Source: Haplodiscus bocki (Eukaryota). From it: 64,000 bases of DNA. Positions within the stretch are counted from its first letter, which is position 1. The number at the start of each line of letters is the position of its first letter. Position numbers and translations under genes: made by a program. The notes under the pieces were generated by a model. That model searched no databases. It saw only the letters and a program-made list of their open reading frames with translations, and was not told the DNA's origin. Shown here piece after piece: positions 12,801 through 22,800 of the stretch. Where the stretch lies: assembly GCA_965655095.1 (NCBI GenBank), contig OZ296654.1:8928001-8992000 (forward strand), in the 5' to 3' direction.

Positions 12801-15800
12801 AACGTGGCTCATATTTTTAGTTCTTTTTTCAGGAAGCAGCGTAAACTGTGAGCTATGCAACGTGACTGAGATTTCCAACACGCTATGTCTGCTCGTGGTT
12901 CACTCAGATAATTAACTAGGATTAAAAATTTCAGACGGAGCAAATAACACACGCATATGTTTTTGTTTGCCACGGCTTACTGGGATCTATCAAAAATTAA
13001 TTCAGCTTTCCCCGCAAATAGCGCCTCCCAATCAGCTCTGGAATTTCTATGGAATCAGATCGGTTGTTTTATTTTCGAAGAGGGTCACAGCCAGGGATGT
13101 AATGAAGATGGGGACAAACTAATGCCTATCTTTTTGAACGTCATAAACAGAACAAAAAAAAACTTTTTGTCACCCCGATTAAGAAAAAAACTTCCAGCGG
13201 AATCGATTTCAAAAATATAAAGTGTCTGTAGATTTCAAGTCATGAAAATTACAAAACAATTCCATGAAAATGATATGACAGAAGAAATCCGATAAATTTT
13301 CATTTTTTTTTCAAAAGAAAACTAAACAACGGAAAAAAACGATTCAATTCCAGCAAATCCAAACAGATTTCACAATTTCATGGATGCATCGAAACTTAAA
13401 CAATGCTCATGGTGACAGGTCAAAATCTCCTAAGTCAAAATCTCCTAAGTCAAAATCTCCTATGCCAAAATCTCCTAAGTCAAAATCTCCTACGCCAAAA
13501 TCTCCTAGGTCAAAATCTCCTAAGTCAAAATCTCCTAAGCTGAATTAATCACTCAGTAATTTAATTAATAGCTAAGTTCCATTTTCTTGTCGATTATCAA
13601 GTAAGCCTAATTTACATTCACAAGTGACAATTAAAGTAAGTAACTAAGAGAGTACGATGGCAAAATTAACACCCTGCACAAATCACACGCTAAAAAGGTG
13701 ACAAAATGAAGCTGCGAAAGTTACTGAAATTCCAATCAATCTGATCATTCATTTAAAAATCATTTGCTGCAGATATGAGTTTCGAGTACGGTCTTTCAAA
13801 CAAAAACAAAACCACCTTAATTTATAATGGCTTCGAGTATACGAAAAAACAGTCAACCAAAACAACTGTTCATTGGATTTGCCGGTATGTAAAACAGTTT
13901 AGCTGTAAAGCGACTATTATCACCTGCGGAGATACCATCATTAAGTTTCCGAAAGAACACTGCTGTCGATATGTTCCCGGAGAAGCAGAAGCCAGAAAAA
14001 TAGTGGCCGCCATGAAGGAGACCTCGCTGTATACAGGCAATACTGACGCGATTGCCACGAGCTTAGCGAGTGTCTCTGAAAATTTATGTGTTCAGTTATC
14101 GATGCCCAAAAAAACCCTAATCACCCGAACACTCAATCGCCACCGCCAGAAAAACAACATGAACGATTTGCCGGTCTTACCTCACACCAAAAAGATTGAA
14201 GTACCCGAAGAATTCAAAGATTTTCTAATATACGACTCCGGCACAGACGACCCAGAACGACTTTTAATTTTTGGCCAACAGACGCTGCTAGAACTATTAG
14301 AATCAACTCAACACCTATGGCTTGCTGATGGAACTTTCAAACTTTGCCCCGAAATTTTCTTTCAGCTTTTCACCATCCACACATCCATTAACGGATACAA
14401 CCCGCCGTGCATATACGCTCTGCTACCAAATAAACGCGAAAAAACATATGACGCCACAGAGGGTTGGCATTTTGGATTGCAAGCGCTTTTTCAGGGATCT
14501 CATCCTAACATTTGAATCTTTCTTCGGCAGCTTAAAAAAGACTCTTTAGTTCATAAATTTAATGCCATTCAAGGACTTGCGGGTGCCGAGAATCCCACCC
14601 GAAAAAAGTACCGTTTGCTTAACAACCGAGTGCAAAATATCTGTCGGGAGTACAAAACTGGAGAAAAAATTCACTTCTTGAGAGCTATCGCTCATTTGCA
14701 GTGACGAAAGACTTTATGAGAAGAATGAAAACGTTTTTTGTTTGCAATTTGATTTCCGAATTCTAGTTCCAGTTTTCCATTTTTAATTCAACACTTTTTT
14801 TTCAGTTGATGTTTTCACTGAGTTACAATTAACGGGCGCCCGGTTGCGTCCTCCCCCGGGTGCCAAAGTTGCGCACTACCCCTCGTTACTGCTCTTTTAT
14901 GTAGCCATATTAGAACCATGCCCATGAAACTACAGAGCGTGACAGAGGAACAGACCAACCTTTTAAAGGAGTAGCACTTGTCTAAATTGTTAATTGTAAC
15001 TGACCCAAACTTTGGTTTTGGCTAAATGTTTTGAAATTTAGGTGTACAAAAATATTAGGTGTTTATTTCAGGGTATCTTTTTGAAAACTATTTCCTAATC
15101 GAACAGTTCACTGAGGTCTGAGTTTTGGAAGTTTGTGATTTAGAAAACTTGAGATGTTTGAAAACTTGTTATGGTATTTGCAAGTTCATGTGAATCTTCT
15201 CTTTGATTTTTTTCACCGCCATTGTAACATTAGTCCTAATGTTATTCAAAATCGATTACAGCTGCGTTGATTGACAGCGCGCACAACAGCGCAAGAAAAG
15301 CAGAAGTCTTATATTACGTAACTTTTGAGCTCACTGCGTTGACTTGATTCATTTCGCTTTGTTTATTGTTACGCATCAACAACGAGGTTAGCTGTTTTTG
15401 AATTACGAACAACTTTCAACTTCAAGAGATAAAGAAAGTTGTTTTCCGATGAATTTTCTTTTGTTCTTTAATTTAGGAGATTTTGACTTAGGAGATTTTG
15501 GCGTAGGAGATTTTGACTTAGGAGATTTTGGAATAGGAGATTTTGACTTAGGAGATTTTGACTTAGGAGATTTTGACATGTAACCAATGCTCATATACAT
15601 TTTTTTGCAACTAGAAGTAGCATGATTTTTGGAGCTCCACAAAAATGCACGACAATATAAAAGCACAGAAAGCCGTGCATGCTCTAAGAGAACTTCTATT
15701 CTTTCGATAACCTACGTCGTACATTTTTACTTTCTTCAGTGCTTCTAAGATGAAACCAATTAGACACATAAAATGCTGGAGCATCTTTTGAATTACTTTC

Positions 15801-18800
15801 ATAATTTTTTCACCTTGTAGTCTACGTTTTGGCGTCCATCGAAATCTATCTCACGTTTTTAATTAGTTACGAAAAGGTATGCTGACTTCTAAAAGTTTGA
15901 ACAACTTGCCAAAAATCGGGAGCCTCACATCGAAATAATTCAGATTTTACTATATGACACTAAACGTAGTTAGGCTCAATGCGAAACTCTTCTAACTAAT
16001 TTAAATATTTTTTATAATTAATTATAAAAAAAGTGACGCGAAATCTCGAGTCCTTAAAAATGATAATCAAAGAAACTTATCGTTACATAATCAAAACGAT
16101 CTGACACCATAATTGATTCTTGAAGCTGGAGACGTTTATTTTCTTTACCATTTCAGGCGTGAAGAATCAGGCATAATTTTCAACGATGTATTTTGAATCC
16201 ACCCTAATCAAACTTCAATTAATTTCTATGGCTGAAAATTAAAAATTTTCATTTCACGACGGAACTTTCAAGAGTTCTTCAGAACGTCATATTTTTCAAC
16301 ATTTCTAACATTCTCATGATTTTCTCCGACAATGTGATACTGAACTGAAATTGGATCCATTAAGATCCAAACACGTCAAACAAACGGTCTTAAAGCATTG
16401 CTAAAAAAGGAAAACTTTAATCGGAGCATCCGAACAACTCCAAATTAGGTTACTTTAAATACTGGCGTCCGAAACACTTTGGCAGGACTAATTTTGCAGG
16501 AAAATCCAAACTCTAAACACCTATTTCCAATCCGTTCCCAAACGTCCCCGATATTTGGTCGGCTTGGTTCAATTTCTTCCTCCATCCCACTCAATCAAAC
16601 TTCAAAGCTCACGTTTACCTGTCCTAAAAAATTCAATGGAGAATAGATAAAGCTTTGAAATTAAATGAAATTCGAAACATTTCGAACCGACAATTTGTCT
16701 GTCAAAATTCTACCTTGGAGTGGCGTCTTGAGCAGAAAAGCAATTTAGAAGACAAGACGCCGCGAAAATCTGCTCTCGAACCAAAATTCAGCTGCCGCCA
16801 AAATTGATATGCTTTTTCTTCTGGTTCTTCAAGAATTCGTCAAAAATCATTGTTATCAAACCCATGCGAAAGCTGTTAAACTAAACATTTTGAGATCGAA
16901 CAGTAACAAGCTGGAAATGTCATACTTTATGAATCTCTTGGATTTTCCATGCAGTATTTCAGTTTACTAAAACTTATTCAATACTTCCGCATCTTATCTG
17001 GTTGATGAGACAGACTTGTCCCACTTTGTTATCGGCAAACTCAGAGCGTAAAAAATGGTTCTGTTTAATCTGCTTTGAAAAGTAAATCCTGCTGTTTCTG
17101 TTAGAGGCACATTGTTGCAGTGTCTGCTTTTGATCTCTACTCAGTAATGATACTGAGTACAAGTTACAGCGGAGGAGTTTCCAATTTAAAATGCTTCGAA
17201 AATCACTGACGTAACGCTTTGTTCATAATAATTCTTAGATCAATCAGTCGGAAACTTAGCAAATTTAGTTTGAATTGGAGGAAAGACAAAAGATTCAACT
17301 CAAGGCCCCTAAATTTACCAAAGAACGATGATACCCGCGCGCCTAATATACGTATGTTGTACAGAAACTTTTACTACTAATGATAATGGCACTCGATAAT
17401 TATTGGTATGAACTGGTATGTTGCAGAACTCGATCTGAGGCAGCAACTACAAATAAATCGGTCACTAATGGAGCTCAAAACAAGGCCGTATAGCTCAGTC
17501 GGTTAGAGCATCGTGCTAATAACGCGAGGGTCGAGAGTTCGAGCCTCTCTATGGCCAATCACTTTTGATTCTTATACTATAATTCCATGCCGAAACCACT
17601 CAACATAAAATGGTGTCTTCTCACAGCTACGAAAATAAATGAGTGGCATAGCTCCAAAAATTATTTGATAATTTGTACCACTGGACACCAATTGGCCCAT
17701 ATTTTATGTTTAAACAACTTATTTTGCTTTTGTTGTTCAAACAACTTATTGCTACCACCGGCATATTTTCTGCCCACCAATTTTGTTAGAGATGCCTTCT
17801 AAAAGGATGGAAACGTTTTTTTTTTCAAAAATACTCAATCTTCCAATTTTTTTTATTTTTCCGAATTTAAAATTTTTTGCAGAACTTCAGAATTCAGGTG
17901 GAAAAGACATTTTCAAGAAATAATATCATTTGATACGCATTCTACACGAATTTGCCACTTTTAATTTTGAAAAAAAAATCAGGTTTTTCTTCAAAAACCC
18001 AACTTTTTTCAAGAAAACCCAACTTTTATACATATTTGAGAAATCTTACTATTTTAGTGGTATTCTACGGCAAATTTGCCACCACTTGGAGATAAACAAT
18101 TTTCAAATCCAGAATCTGGGCTGTCCGGACAATTGGCAAGTAAACTTTCGCGTTGAGTGAATGATTTTCCTTCCATATTATAAATATATAAATTCCCATA
18201 TAAAATTATGGAAATTGAGCAAAAAAAATGCACGCGAAAAAAGGAAAACCAATAAAATTCAACTTTCGAATGAGCTTAGCCATAGAAAACTTTATTCGCT
18301 TGGAAATTCCTTTTTGAAATTCACTGCAACAAATTTTCGGAGCCGTGAAACACTGCTTTCATTTTCGGAGCTCCATATGGGATCCATAAACTAAGGCGAA
18401 AATTATTTTTAGGAAGTTGTGATGAGAACTTTCGTTGATGAGAGCAAACATTTTGCTCCAAAAATTACATTGCCATCTTGGAAAGCAGAAACAAGAATTG
18501 CAGACGCCAAAATCTGTCATCTGGAAAATTTTTTGATGATCTCGGAAAATCGTGACACGAATCTAAAGACTTTCTCAGACGTTAAGAAATCCAGAACTTC
18601 AAACATCGCAGAATCTTATATCCCTACTCCAGTTCTACACTACGGAGGATTCATCAGATTTGTCAACTTGAGCGATGGAGGTAATGCGTTAGACAGAAAA
18701 AGCAATAGAAAGACATGCTGAAAAGCCGAATAATCCATGCGAGTATAGCTAGCTATTCACTGCAAGCCAAGAGATATTCCGAGTATTGTCAATGACCAAT

Positions 18801-19936
18801 CAAATTGAAGCTTTCAGTTGTTTTCATTCTTTTTGTGCTTGTCTTATTTTTAGTAGTTTCTGTTTAATTGCTTGTCTGCCAAACTCCGGACCTCCTTCAG
18901 CAACTAACCGTTGTTGTTCCTCGTCAAGTTTGATGAGTGCACTTTCTAGGTCAAGGTTGTGATCGTGTTCGGCTCTTCTCAACTTGCTCTCGGCGTCTTC
19001 CACTCGTGAGGTCAGCTGGTCCTGCACATTCTGCAACTCCACTCTGGTGGCATCACTCTCTCGCGCTCTCTCGTTTAGCATCGTTTCCAGCTCACCACAT
19101 TTCTTCTTATATTGCAACAACTGCAACATAATATCAAAAAAGTATTAAGAAACATGTCCCAAATTCGGCAGCATTTTCTTAAGACCGAAGCGACATCAAA
19201 TACAATGTGAAAGAATCTTGAACATTACATTCTTGAGATCTATTCATGAACTCCAAACCCCTCCCCCCAACAGTATTAACGAGAATTTTAACGCCAACCC
19301 CCACTACCACGCAGAAGTGAAGTCTTCGCTGATTGGCTGAAATTCACTCGAGCGTGAGTTGAAATATTACACCGCTTGTTATTTCGCATATTCATAATCA
19401 TGGGGGGACCAATGAGGGGGGATGGGTGGAGTTAACAGAAAAGATCTCATCCTGGTCTTTTTGTAGGGCGAAAATTGACTCGGAAAACAAAAATTTCAAA
19501 TTCTCTCGCTTCGTAAAAATTGGTCATATTTGAAGTGCAGTCTTCCACACTTTACATTTTTACCAAAATATTCATTATGAAATGATTTTCAGAAAAGATG
19601 AGACAACAAAAACCCAACTTTCGATAATTATAACGTCTCCCAACTGGAACAAATCCGATGACTTCCAATGACTAGAGGCCGAATAAACAAGAAATGTATC
19701 ATAGCAAATTTCTCATTGAAAACAGTGATTGTTCGTCGGAAGTGTGAACTAACTTTCTGCTGAAGTTTTTTCACGATTTCAGTCTGTTTGCTCTGGCCCT
19801 CTTGGTAAGCAGCCAGCTTGGCCTTGTAATTCTCATTCTGTTCTTCTAACTTGCGTCTCAGCTCTGTGTTCTGCATCAACAGACCCTGCATACTGCTTGG
19901 GCCCCCACCAGTGGCCGACTCCGAATCATAATCCAT
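480..19936 (-). CDS. CROCC: Rootletin (ciliary rootlet coiled-coil, CROCC/CEP250 family), 5' portion. Exons: 19936-19754, 19120-18909, 7658-7493, 7026-6920, 5856-5629, 5381-5294, 2603-2497, 1551-1371, 862-480; continues beyond the left edge
   Basis: All nine exons have GT/AG boundaries and compatible phases, giving one open coiled-coil frame. The spliced product contains LESALIKLDEEQQR-ASSLNQMNNLLSEQL and EEER-AFNEYFSNEHSRLLTLWRAVVAFRRSFSELK, which match the rootletin N-terminal domain, plus SPALSDSTLNAVQVVLSKRQMQLQ. Confidence 0.88.
1371..1551 (-). CDS. CROCC: Rootletin coding exon 8
   Basis: Acceptor TTTCAG, donor GTCCTT; Ser/Pro/Arg linker followed by SPALSDSTLNAVQVVLSKRQMQLQ. Confidence 0.8.
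1830..2198. mobile_element. MITE (Tc1/mariner-like, TA target)
   Basis: Imperfect 23-bp TIRs CTCCGCGGTTCCTATAAAGAGTC and GACTCTTGAAAGGAACCGCAGAG, flanked by TA and CA; no coding capacity. Confidence 0.6.
2497..2603 (-). CDS. CROCC: Rootletin coding exon 7
   Basis: Acceptor TTCCAG, donor GTTAGT; encodes GDDSPKMLDMRRQNEVLNQSMRDIAQIVINDA. Confidence 0.8.
3966..5253 (+). mobile_element. Non-autonomous Mutator-like (MULE/FLYWCH) element
   Basis: Ends GGTGTCAGGAC.../...GTCCTGTAACC; inverted arrays of ~15-bp TTTGCTACTAGG units; 9-bp TSD GGTTTTATA (3957-3965) / GGTTTTATG (5254-5262); 49-aa transposase remnant at 4259-4408. Confidence 0.85.
5294..5381 (-). CDS. CROCC: Rootletin coding exon 6 (absent from the ORF track)
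   Basis: Acceptor TTTAG, donor GTTAGT; encodes INEIGAAADRLKEDLNQKSAQLKKYVDTY; phases fit both neighbours. Confidence 0.75.
5629..5856 (-). CDS. CROCC: Rootletin coding exon 5
   Basis: Acceptor ACCAG, donor GTAAGC; encodes DMTAVRGEISKAARNVQSACMNL. Confidence 0.85.
6920..7026 (-). CDS. CROCC: Rootletin coding exon 4 (absent from the ORF track)
   Basis: Acceptor TTTTCAG, donor GTGAGT; encodes AFNEYFSNEHSRLLTLWRAVVAFRRSFSELKSSTE, the diagnostic rootletin motif. Confidence 0.9.
7493..7658 (-). CDS. CROCC: Rootletin coding exon 3
   Basis: Acceptor TTTCAG, donor GTATGT; phase-2 join to exon 2 restores R-ASSLNQMN. Confidence 0.87.
8161..10119 (-). mobile_element. hAT-superfamily DNA transposon, decayed
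   Basis: 15-bp TIRs CAGGGATGGTCAAAA / TTTTGACCATCTCTG; 8-bp TSD AAGGCACA / ATGGCACA; subterminal TTGCAA-type repeats. Confidence 0.9.
8300..9843 (-). pseudogene. hAT transposase pseudogene (BED-like finger, DDE core, C-terminal dimerisation motif)
   Basis: Fragments in several frames: WKCRC...SNLFQHIKSQH, LVIDGWS, GDNG, GCNSHRLNLAV, LLPTSNILERFFS; interrupted by stops and frameshifts. Confidence 0.88.
13411..15585 (+). mobile_element. Mutator-like (MULE/FLYWCH) element, internal-deletion derivative
   Basis: Perfect 9-bp TSD AATGCTCAT (13402-13410, 15586-15594); TIRs begin GG(T/G)... and are built from tandem 15-bp GTCAAAATCTCCTAA units (about 13419-13539 and 15473-15577). Confidence 0.92.
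13775..14704 (+). pseudogene. FLYWCH-MULE transposase remnant
   Basis: FLYWCH motif (LIYNGFEY...HWICR...CKA...EH) and MULE motifs (WLADGTFK, FFQLFTIH, YALLPNK). The core is deleted between KTYD and ATEGWH. One in-frame TGA at 14513, after which the frame continues to FLRAIAHLQ* at 14704. Confidence 0.85.
17484..17557 (+). tRNA. tRNA-Ile(AAT)
   Basis: GGCCGTA...TATGGCC-A acceptor stem; A box TAGCTCAGTCGG; anticodon loop CT-AAT-AA; T loop GTTCGAG; TTTT a few bases downstream. Confidence 0.95.
18909..19120 (-). CDS. CROCC: Rootletin coding exon 2
   Basis: Acceptor TTGCAG, donor GTTAGT; encodes LLQYKKKCGELE...LESALIKLDEEQQR. Confidence 0.87.
19754..19936 (-). CDS. CROCC: Rootletin coding exon 1 (MDYDSES...KKLQQK)
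   Basis: ATG at 19936 and donor GTTAGT after 19754. An upstream acceptor TTTTCAG at 20069 suggests the exon begins in the 5'UTR at 20068. Confidence 0.8.
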
Positions 19937-20574
19937 GGTGGCTGGGTTCGATTCCCACTCTACTCTATAATTATTTCTATAGTTCTAAATTGTTCTTCTA
20001 AGGACCTTGGATCCAGGAGTGAAGGTTTGGAAGATTAAAGGGTTGGACAAGTAAAGCACAGCACTAATCTGAAAACAATTATTTGATTATAGTTACGCCA
20101 AAAAATTATTTGAAAATTCAAAACAAGAAAAATAGCATGAAATAGAATGATTCGCTTACACTTAGGTTTTGAAAAGAAAAATGTTATTTTGATCGATTTT
20201 GAGAAAACCAGCCTCTTATATTCAACACATTTTTTGTCGGCGCTACTTACAAAAAAAGTGCCCGACTACTACAGTTTTCTTTTTTTCTCGTAAGACGCTT
20301 TTCTAGCTTAGAAGCGATCCACTCTTTTCGTGGTCGACCCATTTTTTTCATAAAACGCTTTGCTGGAGAGGGACAATTTTTGCGAAACACTGAAAGGTAC
20401 CCCCTACGAAGTTTTTGGGCACTGTGAGACAAAAGATTTCGACAAAAATGTTATACCCTTTAAGCGTACCAAAAATTTTTGCTGGTTACATTTTATACCG
20501 GAAATTAAAGCAATTTCTACCGATTTTCGAAAAAATCCGGACCTTCGGTCTAAACATTTCTTTCATGTTTACAA

Positions 20575-20645
20575 TTTATATGGCCCAGTGTGTGGGAGAG
20601 AAAGGCTCCAAAGCTACAGGCTGGGGGTTCGAACACCGGTATAGG
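20575..20645 (+). repeat. tRNA-derived SINE head or tRNA pseudogene
   Basis: A-box-like TGGCCCAGTGTGTGG and B-box GGTTCGAACACC at tRNA spacing, but no intact cloverleaf. Confidence 0.4.
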
Positions 20646-22786
20646 TTATATTCTGGTACATTTTATACCGGAAACTATACAAAATCTACCTATTTCCAAA
20701 AAATTTGGGACTTTCGATCCAAAATTTTTTTGTGATACCCCCGTTATAAAGTCTACCGAATCGACAAGTAAATTTCGAATCCCAACATAAGTAATGTTTT
20801 TTTTAAATTTTATGCCAAAAATATACCAAAATAATTTTTTCAAACATCAAAATCAACTCCGTCCTATGAGTATTTTGAGCCTTCAGCCGGTGCGGACTCT
20901 GGCCATTCTTGGCGTGTGTAAATTCAGTCCAATAATCTAAGTACGGCAAAAATATAAATTTTTCAAGGTAAAAATATCGAAAGGAGTAGAGCTGATATTC
21001 TGAAAAGATGAGGTTTGTTTTTTTTGGTTGCAAGAACTAATCAGAAATGTTTCATAAACCCTTTAATGAGCCTCGTCGTCTTTAATAAAATCGACTATTG
21101 CAGTAAAATAAACATGTAAAAAATAAGAAGCTTGTTTAGAACAGGAACGTAATAAGCTCATAAATTGAAAATAAACGCCGAAATTCAAATTGAATAAAAA
21201 GGTTAGGTATCCTCGTATCTTGGATATTACATAACTATTAAATTGACGCCACCTCCGTGAAAACTGAGCAACAAAACATGGCACTCATTAGCCATAAAGA
21301 TAAAAAATTTCAGTCCATTAAAAGCTTTTACCGTCCATTCAACGTTTAAAAAATATAATAGAATGAATCATCGCAGTGGTAAATATATAAATTGGAAAGA
21401 ATGACCACAAAAATAAAAACAACAATACACCCAACAACTGACTCAGCAGCAACGAATAAGAGTGGAAAAAAAAAGAAAGATGCTCGCTACATCTAGCCGA
21501 TGCATAATTTAGAAAAGAACGACAATTTCTGATTCGCTAGATAGCCATAAAAAAATATGTCACAGAGTATACTCATTCGGCATCACTATTATTTATACCA
21601 TGCATATTAAAAACTCACAGTTGTGTGCAACCAGCAAAACGCCAGAGTGCAGCACTTGAAAAGCGATTAAATTTTAATGGAATTATCGTCCAGATTTTAA
21701 TTTTCTTCTCTTTACTTTTCAGCCAAAGTGATGGACACGAGTTTACAAGATTTGTTCCTACCAAAATCCAACCAACTCAAAAATCTTTCATTTTCAAGTC
21801 GCTTTTGTAGCGTCTCTCGGTTTGATCGAAAGTAGTCTGGGCCCAAAAATCTCTTAGAAAAGAAACGTCAAATTTGTGGAATTAAAATTGACTTTTGAAG
21901 CTACCGCCTTTCCTATTGTTGCAATTCCATTCAACAAGGATTAATACCAAGTTCTTTGCTTTTATTGAAAGGGGATTTCGAGACATGCGTAGGGGTGAAT
22001 AAAGAGGATTTAAAAAGGACTTGCGATAAAGCAATACCGCACAGGAGAATTCGGTACATGCAGGAAACAGATGTAAAAAGTTGTTCTCAGATTTTGAGTT
22101 TGACAGTAGAATGTTAATGTTTGACATCTAAGTACGGCTGGAAATCTGATACGACGAAACGTTTCAAAGCAATTTGAAACATTCTAGTCACTTTCATCAT
22201 TATTAGGAATTTAGAGCAAAGTTCAGGGATCCCTCCATTATCTATTAAAAGTTTTCAATTCTGAAGCCTTTTTGCCACAAGACGCAATTGCGTATAAAAC
22301 GAGTACATAGATGAGCACAAAACAAATCTTCCAGAACTATTTTGAACCAAGAATTTTGGTCAACTTTTCATTGTCACAAATTGCCTTTAAAACGAGCGAA
22401 GTGACTATTCATCATAACTAAACTTTGAAAGCTACTGAACTTTTTGCTTCAGACTTAAACGAATAGTATTTTTTGAGCCTCGTTTTTGGAATAACGAACA
22501 GAAAATAGGAAAAATGTCATGAAAATCAAAAGCATGACAGTCAAAAATTATCATAAGTTGAGTATATATGATACATACCGTTCAAACAGAGCCTGAGGTT
22601 GAAGAAGCGTGATTGAAGTTAAAACTAACTACAGTATAACTTTATAGTTTAGTAATAGTTTTAAAATGAGCGCTATGATAAGAGAATAAGAGCTCGATGA
22701 TCCGCGACAGTTGGTTACAAGACACGTGCTGCTATCAGATCAAAAATATTCTTTATATTTTGATAGGCAGTGCAGGTTTAATTTTG

Positions 22787-22800
22787 GTAACCACAGTTAC
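22787..22800. promoter_or_regulatory. X-box-like (RFX) palindrome upstream of the rootletin gene
   Basis: GTAACCACAGTTAC is an imperfect match to GTHNYY-AT-RRNAAC and lies ~200 bp upstream of a candidate 5'UTR exon donor (GTATGT after 22579, minus strand). Confidence 0.35.

Noticed and set aside
13419-13539. Regular short repeats suggesting a CRISPR array or telomere
   Set aside because: There are no unique spacers, the context is eukaryotic, and the array is mirrored at 15473-15577 as a transposon TIR.
15403-15666. ORFs with (SKSPK)n or (DFDLG)n repeats resembling histone H1/protamine-like proteins
   Set aside because: They are translations of the 15-bp tandem units in the MULE terminal inverted repeat.
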